From a virus: a DNA stretch of 64,000 nucleotides. Below the pieces are notes generated by a model. The model saw nothing but the letters and a program-made list of their open reading frames with translations, did not search any database and was not told where the DNA came from. Position numbers and translations under genes: made by a program. Shown piece after piece: positions 28,370 through 37,926 of this stretch (within the stretch, counting starts at the first letter, position 1; each line of letters opens with the position of its first letter). The stretch spans positions 64,001 to 128,000 of the IMG/VR virus record IMGVR_UViG_3300042555_002918. One strand, 5' to 3'.

Positions 28370-29338
28370 TTACTTAACCCCAACCGATGTCTTTTTCTTA
28401 GAAGCACCCGTGTCTTTTCGCTTTGGGACTTTGGCCTTGCTGGTTGAATCATTTAACTCGCTCGGTATGACATGGGCGTGCCAGATGTAGGTCTTGTAGT
28501 CATTACCGGCGTGCCCTCCTTCAGGAACGACTGAGGGTTTAGGGTGAACCTTGAGTGTTGTATGTCGAGGAAGGATGTACTCGTACTCATTTTGGTCATA
28601 ATTAGAGTGTTTTCCGACGTAGAGGCCCTTCTGTCCCTTTTTTAGATGGATGTGCAGAACGTGATTAACTGGTTCATGATTGTATTTGTCGGTCGTTCCT
28701 TCGATAGCGTGGGAAAAGACAGTAGCAGTCTTTTTGCAAATCGAAGTAGATGTATATGCGGGTAGGTGAAGATTGCCCTTATGACACATTTCACACTTTT
28801 CTCCTGGATGAAAGCCTACCCCAGAGTAGACATGAAGATCGTGCTTCAGTTTGTTGTGACCAATAGCCTGGTCTAATTTATGGATGTTGTGTTCATCCAC
28901 TTTTGGAGGGTCGTCATATCCGGCCTCGTAATGTTTGAGAAGGGTGCGATTAACATGACGACTATAGGTCGTGTACATTTCAACAGCGTCAGAATGATCG
29001 CGAATATTGCTTATTGGATATTTCTTATCCAAGTGAGTTTCAATTTCGTCATGATTATTTCCAAGGTGGTGATTGTCGTTATTTGACTCCCATTGGGCGA
29101 AATGTTTCCATTTCCTAGCCTTTTTAAATGACCACGCCTCATCGAGTTTCTGTTTTTTTGCCAGAGTCGATGAAAGTGACTGAGATGCCGAGACATCTGT
29201 CGCCTGCGCTATGCTCTTTTTTCTGAGAGCCTTATGTTTTGAATGGGACCCGTGGGTATCAACAACAACCGGGGTGCCCGTAAAGCGGGGCACACCTCTC
29301 AGGATTTTCTGAGAGATGAATTGAAGAAATGTTTTCAT
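28370..29338 (-). CDS. ADP-ribosyltransferase paralog with capsid-targeting-like N-terminus
   Basis: MKTFLQFISQ; VYSG, YTSTS, NEYEYILPR; late promoter at 29366-29373. Confidence 0.8.
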   Translation of the reverse strand: MKTFLQFISQKILRGVPRFTGTPVVVDTHGSHSKHKALRKKSIAQATDVSASQSLSSTLAKKQKLDEAWSFKKARKWKHFAQWESNNDNHHLGNNHDEIETHLDKKYPISNIRDHSDAVEMYTTYSRHVNRTLLKHYEAGYDDPPKVDEHNIHKLDQAIGHNKLKHDLHVYSGVGFHPGEKCEMCHKGNLHLPAYTSTSICKKTATVFSHAIEGTTDKYNHEPVNHVLHIHLKKGQKGLYVGKHSNYDQNEYEYILPRHTTLKVHPKPSVVPEGGHAGNDYKTYIWHAHVIPSELNDSTSKAKVPKRKDTGASKKKTSVGVK

Positions 29339-29368
29339 AATTAACTAGTAGGTTGATCCACTAGTTAT

Positions 29369-30109
29369 TTATGCATTTTTCAACCCATGATACCGGACAA
29401 GAAGCATTTTTTTTCTTGTGTTGAAATTCTGGTGCAATTTTTCCCAGTCCTTAAGTCCTGACTGACTAAATTCCGTCTTGACCTTTTCGTCATCAAGTTT
29501 CTTAACGGCATCAAGACCATCCCGCTCGGCGTGAGGATGCTGCGAAAACACGTGGTTGAATACTTGAGACGCTTGTTGGTTTTTATGGCGTAGTGAGTCA
29601 TGCTCATCAATGTCCGGACCAAATTCCTTGTGGTCACCCTGGGCTCGAAAGTGAAATGCGCCGCCAGTATCAATGGAATGTAGGTCTCCGGTTTTTGCGT
29701 TCTTTAGGATGTTATCATGCTCTGTTCCGACGATGTCCCAGTTCTTAGTTAGAACTGCAGCGTGGAACATTTTTCCGATCTGACTAGCTTGCGTTGGTGT
29801 CAGATGATGAAAATCTTCAGGTTTGATTTTGGCGAGGTTATCGTCGTACCTAGTAACGACGGCATGTTTTCCTCGAATGACGCGATACTCGGGCTTTACC
29901 GTATGGATGCCCATATGATGATAAATCCTTCCAGCAAGGGCCTCAACCTTGGCCTGGTCGGCATTTTTGTAAAATTTGACGTAATGACGATTACCGGAAC
30001 TGTCGGTGTGAATCCCGCCCTCATTTGAGCCGAGTTGAGTACCTGACACTGGGGTCAGTTCTTGAGAGGTAAACTGCTTAAATGTTTTGATGTTACTCTC
30101 GCTCATCAC
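29369..30109 (-). CDS. Atypical (HipA/PI3K-like fold) kinase-like protein with capsid-targeting-like N-terminus
   Basis: IKTFKQFTSQE; GSNEGG, YVKF, VEALA, NWDIVG..DNI, IDTGG. Confidence 0.65.
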   Translation of the reverse strand: MMSESNIKTFKQFTSQELTPVSGTQLGSNEGGIHTDSSGNRHYVKFYKNADQAKVEALAGRIYHHMGIHTVKPEYRVIRGKHAVVTRYDDNLAKIKPEDFHHLTPTQASQIGKMFHAAVLTKNWDIVGTEHDNILKNAKTGDLHSIDTGGAFHFRAQGDHKEFGPDIDEHDSLRHKNQQASQVFNHVFSQHPHAERDGLDAVKKLDDEKVKTEFSQSGLKDWEKLHQNFNTRKKMLLVRYHGLKNA

Positions 30110-30110
30110 C

Positions 30111-30713
30111 TTACTTCCCTTTCATTTTATCATGATTAAGGGCTGGCCTGTCATCAAATTCTGTCATACCTCGAATTTCATACGCGACGAGAAATCCGGC
30201 GCTAGTAAATGCGTGCCAGAGGTGGGACATGCCTGACTCCTCATCGATAGTGGAGCGACCGGTCATCTTTCCGAGCCACCACTTCCATGAGTGGCGTATC
30301 ATCGCTCCAAACACTCGGCTCCATGCCATGCCGCGTTCCCAGTTGCGCTCAGGATATGCCTTATCTCCTCTCACGCTTGTGCTGACTGCCCATGTCTGCA
30401 CCTGAACCATGGCCTCAAATGCATCAAATGGGGCCAGATCCCATCGGGGCTTTCCTGTATCGAGCTTATATCCACCGAGCCCCGTCTTTGCTTCCTCTTG
30501 GGTAGTTGGCTTTACGATAGTTTCGGTTTCAAGCTCTTCTTCTTCATTTAGCCTACTCGCCAGCTGCTGTTCCATGACGCTCATCTCGTGTGGATTGAGA
30601 ACGACTCTCTTTTCAGAAAGCGAAGTACCCCAGAACGGCTTTACGTTAGTGTCATCTGTTTGAACTGTAGCCCTTACTTCATCCTTCAGCTTGTTGATGT
30701 CTAACTCTCTCAT
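30111..30713 (-). CDS. dATP/dGTP diphosphohydrolase-domain (DUF5664-like) protein
   Basis: KLDTGKPRWDL, YPERNWERG, DEESGMSHLWHA. Confidence 0.8.
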   Translation of the reverse strand: MRELDINKLKDEVRATVQTDDTNVKPFWGTSLSEKRVVLNPHEMSVMEQQLASRLNEEEELETETIVKPTTQEEAKTGLGGYKLDTGKPRWDLAPFDAFEAMVQVQTWAVSTSVRGDKAYPERNWERGMAWSRVFGAMIRHSWKWWLGKMTGRSTIDEESGMSHLWHAFTSAGFLVAYEIRGMTEFDDRPALNHDKMKGK

Positions 30714-31135
30714 GGTTTCCCCCTAGTTTGTGTTTTTAAAATTTGTGGAAAGCATTGCTTGAGTGTCGCCTTCGAGAGGCCAATCTTTATTTGCTTTTTT
30801 GCGGCCTGAATCAGAGTTGCCGCCTCCCTGGGTTCAAGCCTTTCAAGCATCGATTTGAATCTTAGGTTCTTCCTAACCTCAGGTACGTTGGAATCTTTGG
30901 TGAATGTGTGCCACAGCTTTGAAGAGTGGCTGAGTGTCTCAAGCTCATCGTGCTCCTTTCTCTTTAAATAGGGAGCGTCAAGATCGACATCTAAGAACAG
31001 GTCGGGGTCAAAGTTTAGCCTTAAAATCCCAGCAAGCCCCGCACTCATATTAGTGTGTAGAATATCAACCTTTTCCCCTCGGCTCTTCGCCTCTTGGGTT
31101 AGACTAATCACTTCAAAGATATACTTACGCTTCAT
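30710..31135 (-). CDS. Conserved T4-like hypothetical protein
   Basis: IFEVI...ILRLNFDP...MLERLEPREA; follows rnh as in other T4-likes. Confidence 0.65.
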   Translation of the reverse strand: MKRKYIFEVISLTQEAKSRGEKVDILHTNMSAGLAGILRLNFDPDLFLDVDLDAPYLKRKEHDELETLSHSSKLWHTFTKDSNVPEVRKNLRFKSMLERLEPREAATLIQAAKKQIKIGLSKATLKQCFPQILKTQTRGKP

Positions 31136-31257
31136 CGTTTCGTTATATTTTGGTCTTGGGAATAGGAGCCTCAAGGAGATCCTTGCTGCAACAATCAACG
31201 CCACCGGGAGTGAGTAATACATTGATTGCATAGTGTTCTGGTGTCTTGTTGCTCACC

Positions 31258-31497
31258 CTACGCAAGCATAATAACGGATGCGGTATCGTGGCGTGGATTA
31301 CCTTTCCGGTGTCGCTCTGGTTTACTCGGCGGACACTTAGAACATCCTGCGTATGGACATGAAAGAGTTTTCTGATACCCCAAATACAGGCATCCATCCT
31401 CAACGTGACCGATAAGCCGACCAAGTGGAGGAGCTTGGTGAGTGGGACGACACGAAGAAAGAATTGAAACTGCTAGGACCAAAATCAGTTTTCTCAT
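31258..31497 (-). CDS. Small lipoprotein
   Basis: Signal peptide with lipobox LSSC; Cys-rich. Confidence 0.55.
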   Translation of the reverse strand: MRKLILVLAVSILSSCRPTHQAPPLGRLIGHVEDGCLYLGYQKTLSCPYAGCSKCPPSKPERHRKGNPRHDTASVIMLA

Positions 31498-31500
31498 AGC

Positions 31501-32337
31501 CTAAAAATTGTTTGGGTTTACGCCTGCTTGAACGAGGTAGTGGGTTCTTTTTCCGCGAGCAAAAAGGGCGCTCGGAGCGGGTTTTGAGAACTCCTCCAAT
31601 ATTGCATCCCTAATTGTTTCTGGGATGTACTCAAAGCTTATAAGTCTTTGATTACGTTCAAAGTGTGCCTTATAGGTCTCTGGTATACCGCCATCTCCCA
31701 CGAAAAAGTTGTCTATATATATAGAGAACGCCTTTGCAGACACGACGGTCTGGCGCTCATTTAATACGAATACGGCATCCTTGGAGTGTAGATTTGGGAT
31801 GCCATCGTTCCTGTCTCCGCGAATGATCTTCTCTCGCAAGTCATCTTCCGGGGACTCAGTTCGGTACACTGAATCCCTTCGCTTTGAATACTGACTGATA
31901 TATGGGAGCCTATGCAGCTGATGGAAATCTTTATCCTCTGATATGATGATGCTCGGCTCTTGGTTTGTAGTTGCTAGAACAGCTACTACATCATCCCCTT
32001 CTGCTCCTGGGACGCAAACAACTCTAAATACTGCGTGTTCGGTTAGCTCATCTCGAATCAGCCGATTAAGTCGGTCAATCTCTTTCCATTTAACTGCCTC
32101 TTCGGCTCTGGTAATTTTTCGTCTGGCTTTGTAGTGGGGGTATATCTCGTACCTCCATGAGCGTCGTCCGTCGCAGCAAACAATCAATTCTCCATATTGA
32201 TGCTTGAATCGGTTCTGAACAATGAAGAGAGTATGAAGAACGTGCTTTCTGAAATCGCTTTCCGTAACTTCCGAGACCTCTCGCTCCTGGGCAAAGAAGC
32301 ATGAAATCAGCAAATGAGAGAAGTCAACGTATATCAC
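31501..32337 (-). CDS. rnh: T4-type RNase H / 5'-3' flap exonuclease
   Basis: YVDFS, CDGRRSWR..YPHYKARR, AEGDD, SEDKDFHQL, GDRNDGIPN. Confidence 0.9.
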   Translation of the reverse strand: MIYVDFSHLLISCFFAQEREVSEVTESDFRKHVLHTLFIVQNRFKHQYGELIVCCDGRRSWRYEIYPHYKARRKITRAEEAVKWKEIDRLNRLIRDELTEHAVFRVVCVPGAEGDDVVAVLATTNQEPSIIISEDKDFHQLHRLPYISQYSKRRDSVYRTESPEDDLREKIIRGDRNDGIPNLHSKDAVFVLNERQTVVSAKAFSIYIDNFFVGDGGIPETYKAHFERNQRLISFEYIPETIRDAILEEFSKPAPSALFARGKRTHYLVQAGVNPNNF

Positions 32338-32352
32338 GACATCACCTTTCAG

Positions 32353-32898
32353 TTATCGCGTCTGACTGAATCCCAGCTTCGCGATATAGTAAGCATCCAC
32401 TAAGTCAGCCAGTGGAGACTTCCCCAACGGACATGGAAGTATTTTGTCTAGCCATAATCCTTCATTAGCAAAGGCGCGGCACATTCCCTCTTTTGTTGCG
32501 TTTCCTTTTCCGGTCGCAAATTTCTTAATGGTGGTGACAGGTAGGAGGTGAATATTCACATTCTCCCTCCAAATCTTATGTTTTAAGACTCCGCACCCCT
32601 CGGCCAGCACGTGGGTCGAAGATGAATGAGACGTGTAAGAGTAATTCTCAATGAAAATGTCTGAACACTTGAAGTGCAGGATGTGTTGAAGAAGCCAGCC
32701 CGAAATCCAGTCGACCCTTTGCTCCTGGGTGAGATATGGGGGGCAGCGCTCGGACGTAAGCCGATTATCCTGCCTGACCCACTTCCCTACGCCGTACAGG
32801 TAAAAGAAGTGACAGTTTGCAGGTGTCCACTCCTCCCCTATGTGAACGCACATAGCGGGACAGGATAGAGAGAAATCAATTCCAGCTATGCACCTCAT
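32353..32898 (-). CDS. RuvC-like Holliday junction resolvase
   Basis: AGIDFSLSCP, IENYSY, IKKFATGKGNATK, DLVDAYYI. Confidence 0.85.
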   Translation of the reverse strand: MRCIAGIDFSLSCPAMCVHIGEEWTPANCHFFYLYGVGKWVRQDNRLTSERCPPYLTQEQRVDWISGWLLQHILHFKCSDIFIENYSYTSHSSSTHVLAEGCGVLKHKIWRENVNIHLLPVTTIKKFATGKGNATKEGMCRAFANEGLWLDKILPCPLGKSPLADLVDAYYIAKLGFSQTR

Positions 32899-32911
32899 GG
32901 GAGGTATTTAG

Positions 32912-34186
32912 CTAGTCGTTTCTCTCATTAGGATTTTCAATTTTATAACAAAGAAGGCCGGTACTGGTTTGTGCCCGTACGACGACATGAAACGGATATG
33001 TTATTGGACTGACTAACGACCGAAACATCCATCTATTAGAGCCATCGTGCTCGTAGCTACCCGATCGATGATATGTATCAATCGTACTGCCACCTGCCAT
33101 GATAGATACTGTTCTTGGCTCTGTTCCCTTGGGGAAAAGAATAACTCCTCCCCGGTCACGGAACTCGGATTGCTTTAAAAGAAACCCAGATTTGGGGCCA
33201 TCATTAGGTGACTTAATCACTGAACATGACTTTAAGCTCTCGTTGTCCTTCTGAGTCCATGTGTTTTTAGTGTGTTGCCGAATTGACTTCATTGCCTTTT
33301 CGGCCTGCTTTGCAACGAGGTGAAATACCTTGGAGGCTGCCTTGCAATTTCGCACTCTTGGATCAACGAAACCAGTGCCATAGTTGCAGTTATCCTCAAG
33401 AACCCACAGGAAAACTACCTCGCACCGATTGGCATATGTCGAGATGTACTGCATAAGAGGTCTTCCACTCTCGACTGAGTTCTCGCCTAAAGGACTCATT
33501 CGTTGTGGGAAAGTAATATCTGTACCATCTAAATTAGCAACGCACGCCTTAGGGAGTGGAGGGTTTGAACCGTGTCCCTCTACCAAGTCAGCACCTTTAA
33601 TCACCTTTGTGCTTCGTGACGAGGCGGAAAGAGGATTCCATACGGTTCTGCACCCAGGGAACTGCTCTTTAGTCCACTCCATCAGTACCTCACCGGCCTT
33701 AGAGGACACATTAGACTCCAGTCCTGGGTTTATTAAACACTGAACTCTTGGGGGTAAGGCCTCAATTTTCCGCTTAGCTAATTGAACGTACTGAATGAAT
33801 TTTGCCTTAAGCTGAGGGTCCCTGCTCCTCAATAGCTTGTCGTATTGGGCCGGATTCTTGATGCCGTACAGAAATTCATATTTACCAAGGCGCTTATTCC
33901 GATGTCCTGGCTCGTTGATGAGGTTTAATTCAATAGTCTGCAAGCGCGGATCTGCCGCAAGTCTGTCCCAGCACCGGAAGTCATTTCCGAATGTGTTATA
34001 GAGAGCCGCAATATGAAGGACAGGTAACCTTCGAACAGAACTCAGAAATTCATTACAATTAAAGGTGGGGGATGTTAACGAAAACACTCCTCTGCCCACG
34101 TTACTGACGTATGGTTGTGCGGTTGAGGTTCGCGGCATGAAGACAGAAAGCGCTACTACTACCGCTAATAAAGTCTTTTTCCACAT
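32912..34186 (-). CDS. Secreted protein of unknown function
   Basis: Sec signal peptide (MWKKTLLAVVVALSVF..STA); CTAAATA late-type promoter upstream. Confidence 0.65.
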   Translation of the reverse strand: MWKKTLLAVVVALSVFMPRTSTAQPYVSNVGRGVFSLTSPTFNCNEFLSSVRRLPVLHIAALYNTFGNDFRCWDRLAADPRLQTIELNLINEPGHRNKRLGKYEFLYGIKNPAQYDKLLRSRDPQLKAKFIQYVQLAKRKIEALPPRVQCLINPGLESNVSSKAGEVLMEWTKEQFPGCRTVWNPLSASSRSTKVIKGADLVEGHGSNPPLPKACVANLDGTDITFPQRMSPLGENSVESGRPLMQYISTYANRCEVVFLWVLEDNCNYGTGFVDPRVRNCKAASKVFHLVAKQAEKAMKSIRQHTKNTWTQKDNESLKSCSVIKSPNDGPKSGFLLKQSEFRDRGGVILFPKGTEPRTVSIMAGGSTIDTYHRSGSYEHDGSNRWMFRSLVSPITYPFHVVVRAQTSTGLLCYKIENPNERND

Positions 34187-34255
34187 AGTTACGCTCCAAA
34201 TACAGCTCTGTGTGAGAAGTATTTAGTGAGCGCGGATTTGAGCCCGTGGAGCTAA

Positions 34256-34564
34256 CTATTCGTTTGATTGTTTAGATAAACAGTCCGGACAGGTTGTTCT
34301 TTCCTTTTCAGTCCGTGCGTCCTGATCCCCGCAGGTGTCGCAAGTGTACACATACAGAGTCAGAACTTCTTGTCTGGCGAGATCTTCAAACATTTTTGAT
34401 AAATCAGACTTCAACTCATCCAACGTCTCTCCAAATGGATAAGCGCTGTTTTGAGACCAACCACGAGGAGTCCCATCTTCGTCATAAAAAAATGACCGAA
34501 TGTCCCAGACCTCGCTTCCGTCTTCATGGATAATCCGACACGGTCGATAGTTCCACTTAGTCAT
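34256..34564 (-). CDS. Conserved phage hypothetical protein with C-terminal CxxC pair
   Basis: MTKWNYR...YDEDG...GETLDEL; coupled to gmk. Confidence 0.6.
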   Translation of the reverse strand: MTKWNYRPCRIIHEDGSEVWDIRSFFYDEDGTPRGWSQNSAYPFGETLDELKSDLSKMFEDLARQEVLTLYVYTCDTCGDQDARTEKERTTCPDCLSKQSNE

Positions 34565-35171
34565 AGATATCGTCCTCAAACCGAAGGCATTTTCCGGCCC
34601 TAACGCCCTCTTGAACGGTGATGTTCTGGAGTGCAAGCCGAGATGTGCTTAGGTCATCATTAACTATGAGATAGTCAAACTTTTGATGCTCATCCGAATA
34701 CACGCTTAACTCCTTCGAGGCTCTCCCAAGTCTTCTTGCCACCTCGTCAGGTGATGTACCCCTGGACTCTATGCGGCGACGAAGCTCATCTCTTGTAGAG
34801 CAGGTCAAAAAGACATTAACCGTATTTACAGGGAATGTGTCCTTCAGTCGGATTGCACCATAGACATCAAGAATAATTACCGCAGACTCGTCCTTTGAGA
34901 TTACCTCCTCCAATGACCCCTTCAGGGTACCGTAAAGATTACCGTGCACCTCTTCATGCTCGAAAAACATATTGTCTGCGATTCCTCTCCTGAAATGTTC
35001 CTCACGCCAAAAGTGATAATCGACACCATCCAATTCTCCCTTCCGAGGTGTCCTTGTCGTGACAGTCGTAATGCGTGATACGCTTCCGTTCGATGTGCGT
35101 CGAAATATATCAGCGAGAGTCGTTTTTCCGGAGCCTGAAGGGCCGCTGAAGCAATAAATCATTCCGCCCAT
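34557..35171 (-). CDS. gmk: Guanylate kinase
   Basis: SGPSGSGKT, TTRTPRKGELDGVDYHF, YGT, FDYLIVNDD. Confidence 0.93.
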   Translation of the reverse strand: MGGMIYCFSGPSGSGKTTLADIFRRTSNGSVSRITTVTTRTPRKGELDGVDYHFWREEHFRRGIADNMFFEHEEVHGNLYGTLKGSLEEVISKDESAVIILDVYGAIRLKDTFPVNTVNVFLTCSTRDELRRRIESRGTSPDEVARRLGRASKELSVYSDEHQKFDYLIVNDDLSTSRLALQNITVQEGVRAGKCLRFEDDIYD

Positions 35172-35181
35172 TTGGTCCGCC

Positions 35182-35490
35182 TTAGGAAATGATACCGCCT
35201 CCTGAGTTGGGGGTAATTAGGCCGCTTGTCTTCTCCCTAAACGCGGCATCGATTTGAGCGTTGGGTGCCATGGAATAGTGAATTGCATTTTTTGGTAGTG
35301 TCACATTCTTCGGGTCTTCAGCGAATGGGAACGCAACAAAGAAAGCTAGTCCAGGTTTGGTCGGGTCACCTGTCGGAACCACCTGGAACGCCAGAGCATC
35401 AAAGAATGTCACCGTGCCATCCGTGTTCTCAGATAACTTCGCAATCAAATATTCCCCTGAGTTAATGCGAACCACTTTAGTATCTGCCAT
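35182..35490 (-). CDS. Conserved T4-like small beta-barrel (Sm-like) protein
   Basis: KVVRINSGEYLIAK ... SGLITP pattern. Confidence 0.55.
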   Translation of the reverse strand: MADTKVVRINSGEYLIAKLSENTDGTVTFFDALAFQVVPTGDPTKPGLAFFVAFPFAEDPKNVTLPKNAIHYSMAPNAQIDAAFREKTSGLITPNSGGGIIS

Positions 35491-35498
35491 ATGGACTC

Positions 35499-35795
35499 CT
35501 ATTTCATAAACACATAAGCCCATAGGGCCGCTGAAAGCATGTAGAGTAAGTTTATCCGACTGATAAGCTTGCCCAGCATTACCAATTCCCGACTTGCCCT
35601 TTTCACATACAGTAAAGTTACAATCGCTAGCCCTTTAACGGCGACAAGGGCCGTCCCTGGCCCAATTGCGTACATCAAAGACTTAATTAGCGGATTACCC
35701 TCAACCTCCATTCCAATTCCAAGACAACGCACTCCTGCATACGTAAATAATCCATCAATGACCTGGAGGATGATGTGTATGTGAAAAGGGCACAT
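35499..35795 (-). CDS. DUF5658-like membrane protein
   Basis: LQVIDGLFTY.G...EGNPLI; hydrophobic. Confidence 0.65.
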   Translation of the reverse strand: MCPFHIHIILQVIDGLFTYAGVRCLGIGMEVEGNPLIKSLMYAIGPGTALVAVKGLAIVTLLYVKRASRELVMLGKLISRINLLYMLSAALWAYVFMK

Positions 35796-35806
35796 TTTGA
35801 CCCCTC

Positions 35807-36505
35807 CTACTTGTGCCGAAGTACAAGTACGGTGTGTCCTGAGGTCAGATCGAATTGCTCAATCTGAAACTCTAGGGGCGAATCTTTAAGGGACTCTGTC
35901 CAAAGATGCGCATCATCTTGGGTCATTTTTACAACGTAGTGCCCCTTCTTTTCGCTAAGTTGAAACCGAGATGGAGCCTCTTCCCAAAGCCAAGCCTCCG
36001 CTTCAGTTACACCCTTTCTGCCTTTTGTCTTCTCTCGTCCCTCACAGATTCGAACTCCATCTCTCATCAGTTCGGCGATGCTGCGAACGTCAAATAGCAC
36101 TCGGTTGCGAAAGGTGTCCGGGTCAAAGCCAAGCACTCGACATGACCACTTGAACGAGAGAGCTTCCTCGGAACTGCTCAGAATAGCAGCCAGAGCGGAG
36201 CGTCTGCGAGTCCGGCATTGCTTACGGTAAGCACCACTCTGACCGCCGTCTTTAGAGTTGATGTAGAGATCTCTAACCATTCGCAACAAGTGGTACACAA
36301 TCAGATTGCGCTCAGCGCAGTCCGACAGCACCGAATCTTGCTGCTCATCAATCTCGTAGTACGCACCGGCCCCGTGCTTGCCACGTGGCGTAATATATTG
36401 GGGCGAACCCTCTGCACGAACATCAACCGAATTAACAACAACCTTTGCGTTAGAACCGAACATAGATCTCTCCCGTTGGGTCACAAGGACCCATTCAAAA
36501 GCCAA
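35807..36505 (-). CDS. Hypothetical protein
   Basis: AERNLI...RDL...SFKWSCRVLGFDP motif. Confidence 0.55.
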   Translation of the reverse strand: MAFEWVLVTQRERSMFGSNAKVVVNSVDVRAEGSPQYITPRGKHGAGAYYEIDEQQDSVLSDCAERNLIVYHLLRMVRDLYINSKDGGQSGAYRKQCRTRRRSALAAILSSSEEALSFKWSCRVLGFDPDTFRNRVLFDVRSIAELMRDGVRICEGREKTKGRKGVTEAEAWLWEEAPSRFQLSEKKGHYVVKMTQDDAHLWTESLKDSPLEFQIEQFDLTSGHTVLVLRHK

Positions 36506-36533
36506 AATTTGAGGTTTCAGGGGTGGCTAGCTG

Positions 36534-37031
36534 CTACGCGGGAGCAGCTTTACGGGGCACCTTGTCAGGTGGCTTTTTGGTCTTTTTAGGTTTCGGTTCA
36601 TCTTGGGCTTGAAGGTTTTCGCCCTGGTCATCTGCCGTACTGGTCTCCCCCATGCCAAGGGACGACATGATCTCGTTGAAGGCCTGCTTAGCCGATTCAT
36701 CAGACGAGAATTTTATTACCTCAGGCAAAAACCCTGTGGTGGAAACAACTACCGATGCATTTTCGAGGTAGAGGGCAGTGATAAGGTCGAAGCGAAAAGT
36801 CACCGCACCAAACGTGATGAATGGAACGTCCTTCTGGCTTGAGCGGACCAAGTTGCAGATATCACGGTAGAGCGCTGAAGCCTTTTCAGGATTCTCTTCG
36901 GAAAACGAGAAGGCTTGCGGGCGGTCTTTTACCGATAACTTCACCTGGCTTGTTGCCAGATCAAGAGAGATTCGGTTTAACTTGGCTACCGATACTGCGA
37001 CGTCGTTAATTCTTATAATTTGTAGCGTCAT
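36534..37031 (-). CDS. Hypothetical protein with two internal repeats
   Basis: Start MTLQII with RBS GAGGAG; repeated F-S/E-x-x-E-x-A pattern. Confidence 0.6.
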   Translation of the reverse strand: MTLQIIRINDVAVSVAKLNRISLDLATSQVKLSVKDRPQAFSFSEENPEKASALYRDICNLVRSSQKDVPFITFGAVTFRFDLITALYLENASVVVSTTGFLPEVIKFSSDESAKQAFNEIMSSLGMGETSTADDQGENLQAQDEPKPKKTKKPPDKVPRKAAPA

Positions 37032-37035
37032 ATCG

Positions 37036-37302
37036 TTACGCTCCTCTCTTAATTCGGTCGACGATGTAGCGCCGGAACGCCCTCGCTTCGGAGATTCGAA
37101 ATGAAAGGGAGTAACGTTGGTACTCGGCTGGGGCGTATCCAAGTACCCTTTGAATATGCTCTGCTTTTCGTATCAGCGCCCCAAGTTGTCCCCCAACAAA
37201 GAAGAGATCATCAAGGGGAAGCTCAATTGCCGCTTCGTATACCGTGCGTGCCGAAATAGCCTGGTAGAGCTCCAAAAGAATGTCCTGGATATCATCAGTC
37301 AA
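37036..37302 (-). CDS. Hypothetical protein (TTG start downstream of promoter)
   Basis: RBS GAGAGG 7 nt before TTG; promoter at 37329-37363. Confidence 0.5.
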   Translation of the reverse strand: MTDDIQDILLELYQAISARTVYEAAIELPLDDLFFVGGQLGALIRKAEHIQRVLGYAPAEYQRYSLSFRISEARAFRRYIVDRIKRGA

Positions 37303-37328
37303 AGTGGTACCTCTCAATTCTGACAACG

Positions 37329-37363
37329 AGGGTACGTAACGGCGACTGATGCCGAGCATTACC
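37329..37363 (-). promoter_or_regulatory. GGTAATG-class promoter
   Basis: GGTAATGCTCGGC-N16-TACCCT. Confidence 0.8.
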
Positions 37364-37926
37364 TTTTCAGCGACAAGTTCACTTTTTGTGATGCTCGGAC
37401 CTGGATTGGCTAAGTTACGCGACTTCTGTTTCATACTGCTCCACGTCGAATATCGGTCTTGCACAGAGGCATTGAGGCACATATGCTCAAGTCCTTCGGC
37501 CCGACCTTGCTTCAGGTCTGGATAGATTCGGCAGCCTTCAAACAGCGCGTAATACGAAAAGCTCTGGTCGACCGCCCCAAAAGGGAAGAAGTCAATAGAA
37601 ATTCGATGAGATACGTCGAGTAACTTTTTTTTCAATTAAATAGCGCCCGTTTGTTATCTATGCGAAATCACATCAGCTCCTAGTGAGCTTTTGACGTGTT
37701 TTGCCTGTAACTGAGAGGTACTCGTAGAGACAGGTTCCGCATTTGTTTTTGGCGGTACCCGGGCTTGATTCGACGTTCTTCGTTTTTTGAATAACTTGTT
37801 GCCGATCTAAGCGTGTTGTGTGCCGCTTACAACTCTGATGCCAGTCATCATGTTGCGAATGGCACATGTTCAGCCGAGAATCCTGCCAGTAGACCCGAGC
37901 GTGAATCCGCAGATATTGACAGAGCT

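Noticed and set aside
37303-37635. N-terminal 111 codons of the 199-aa ORF 37036-37635
   Set aside because: Spans a consensus promoter and lacks an RBS; the downstream TTG at 37302 has a good RBS
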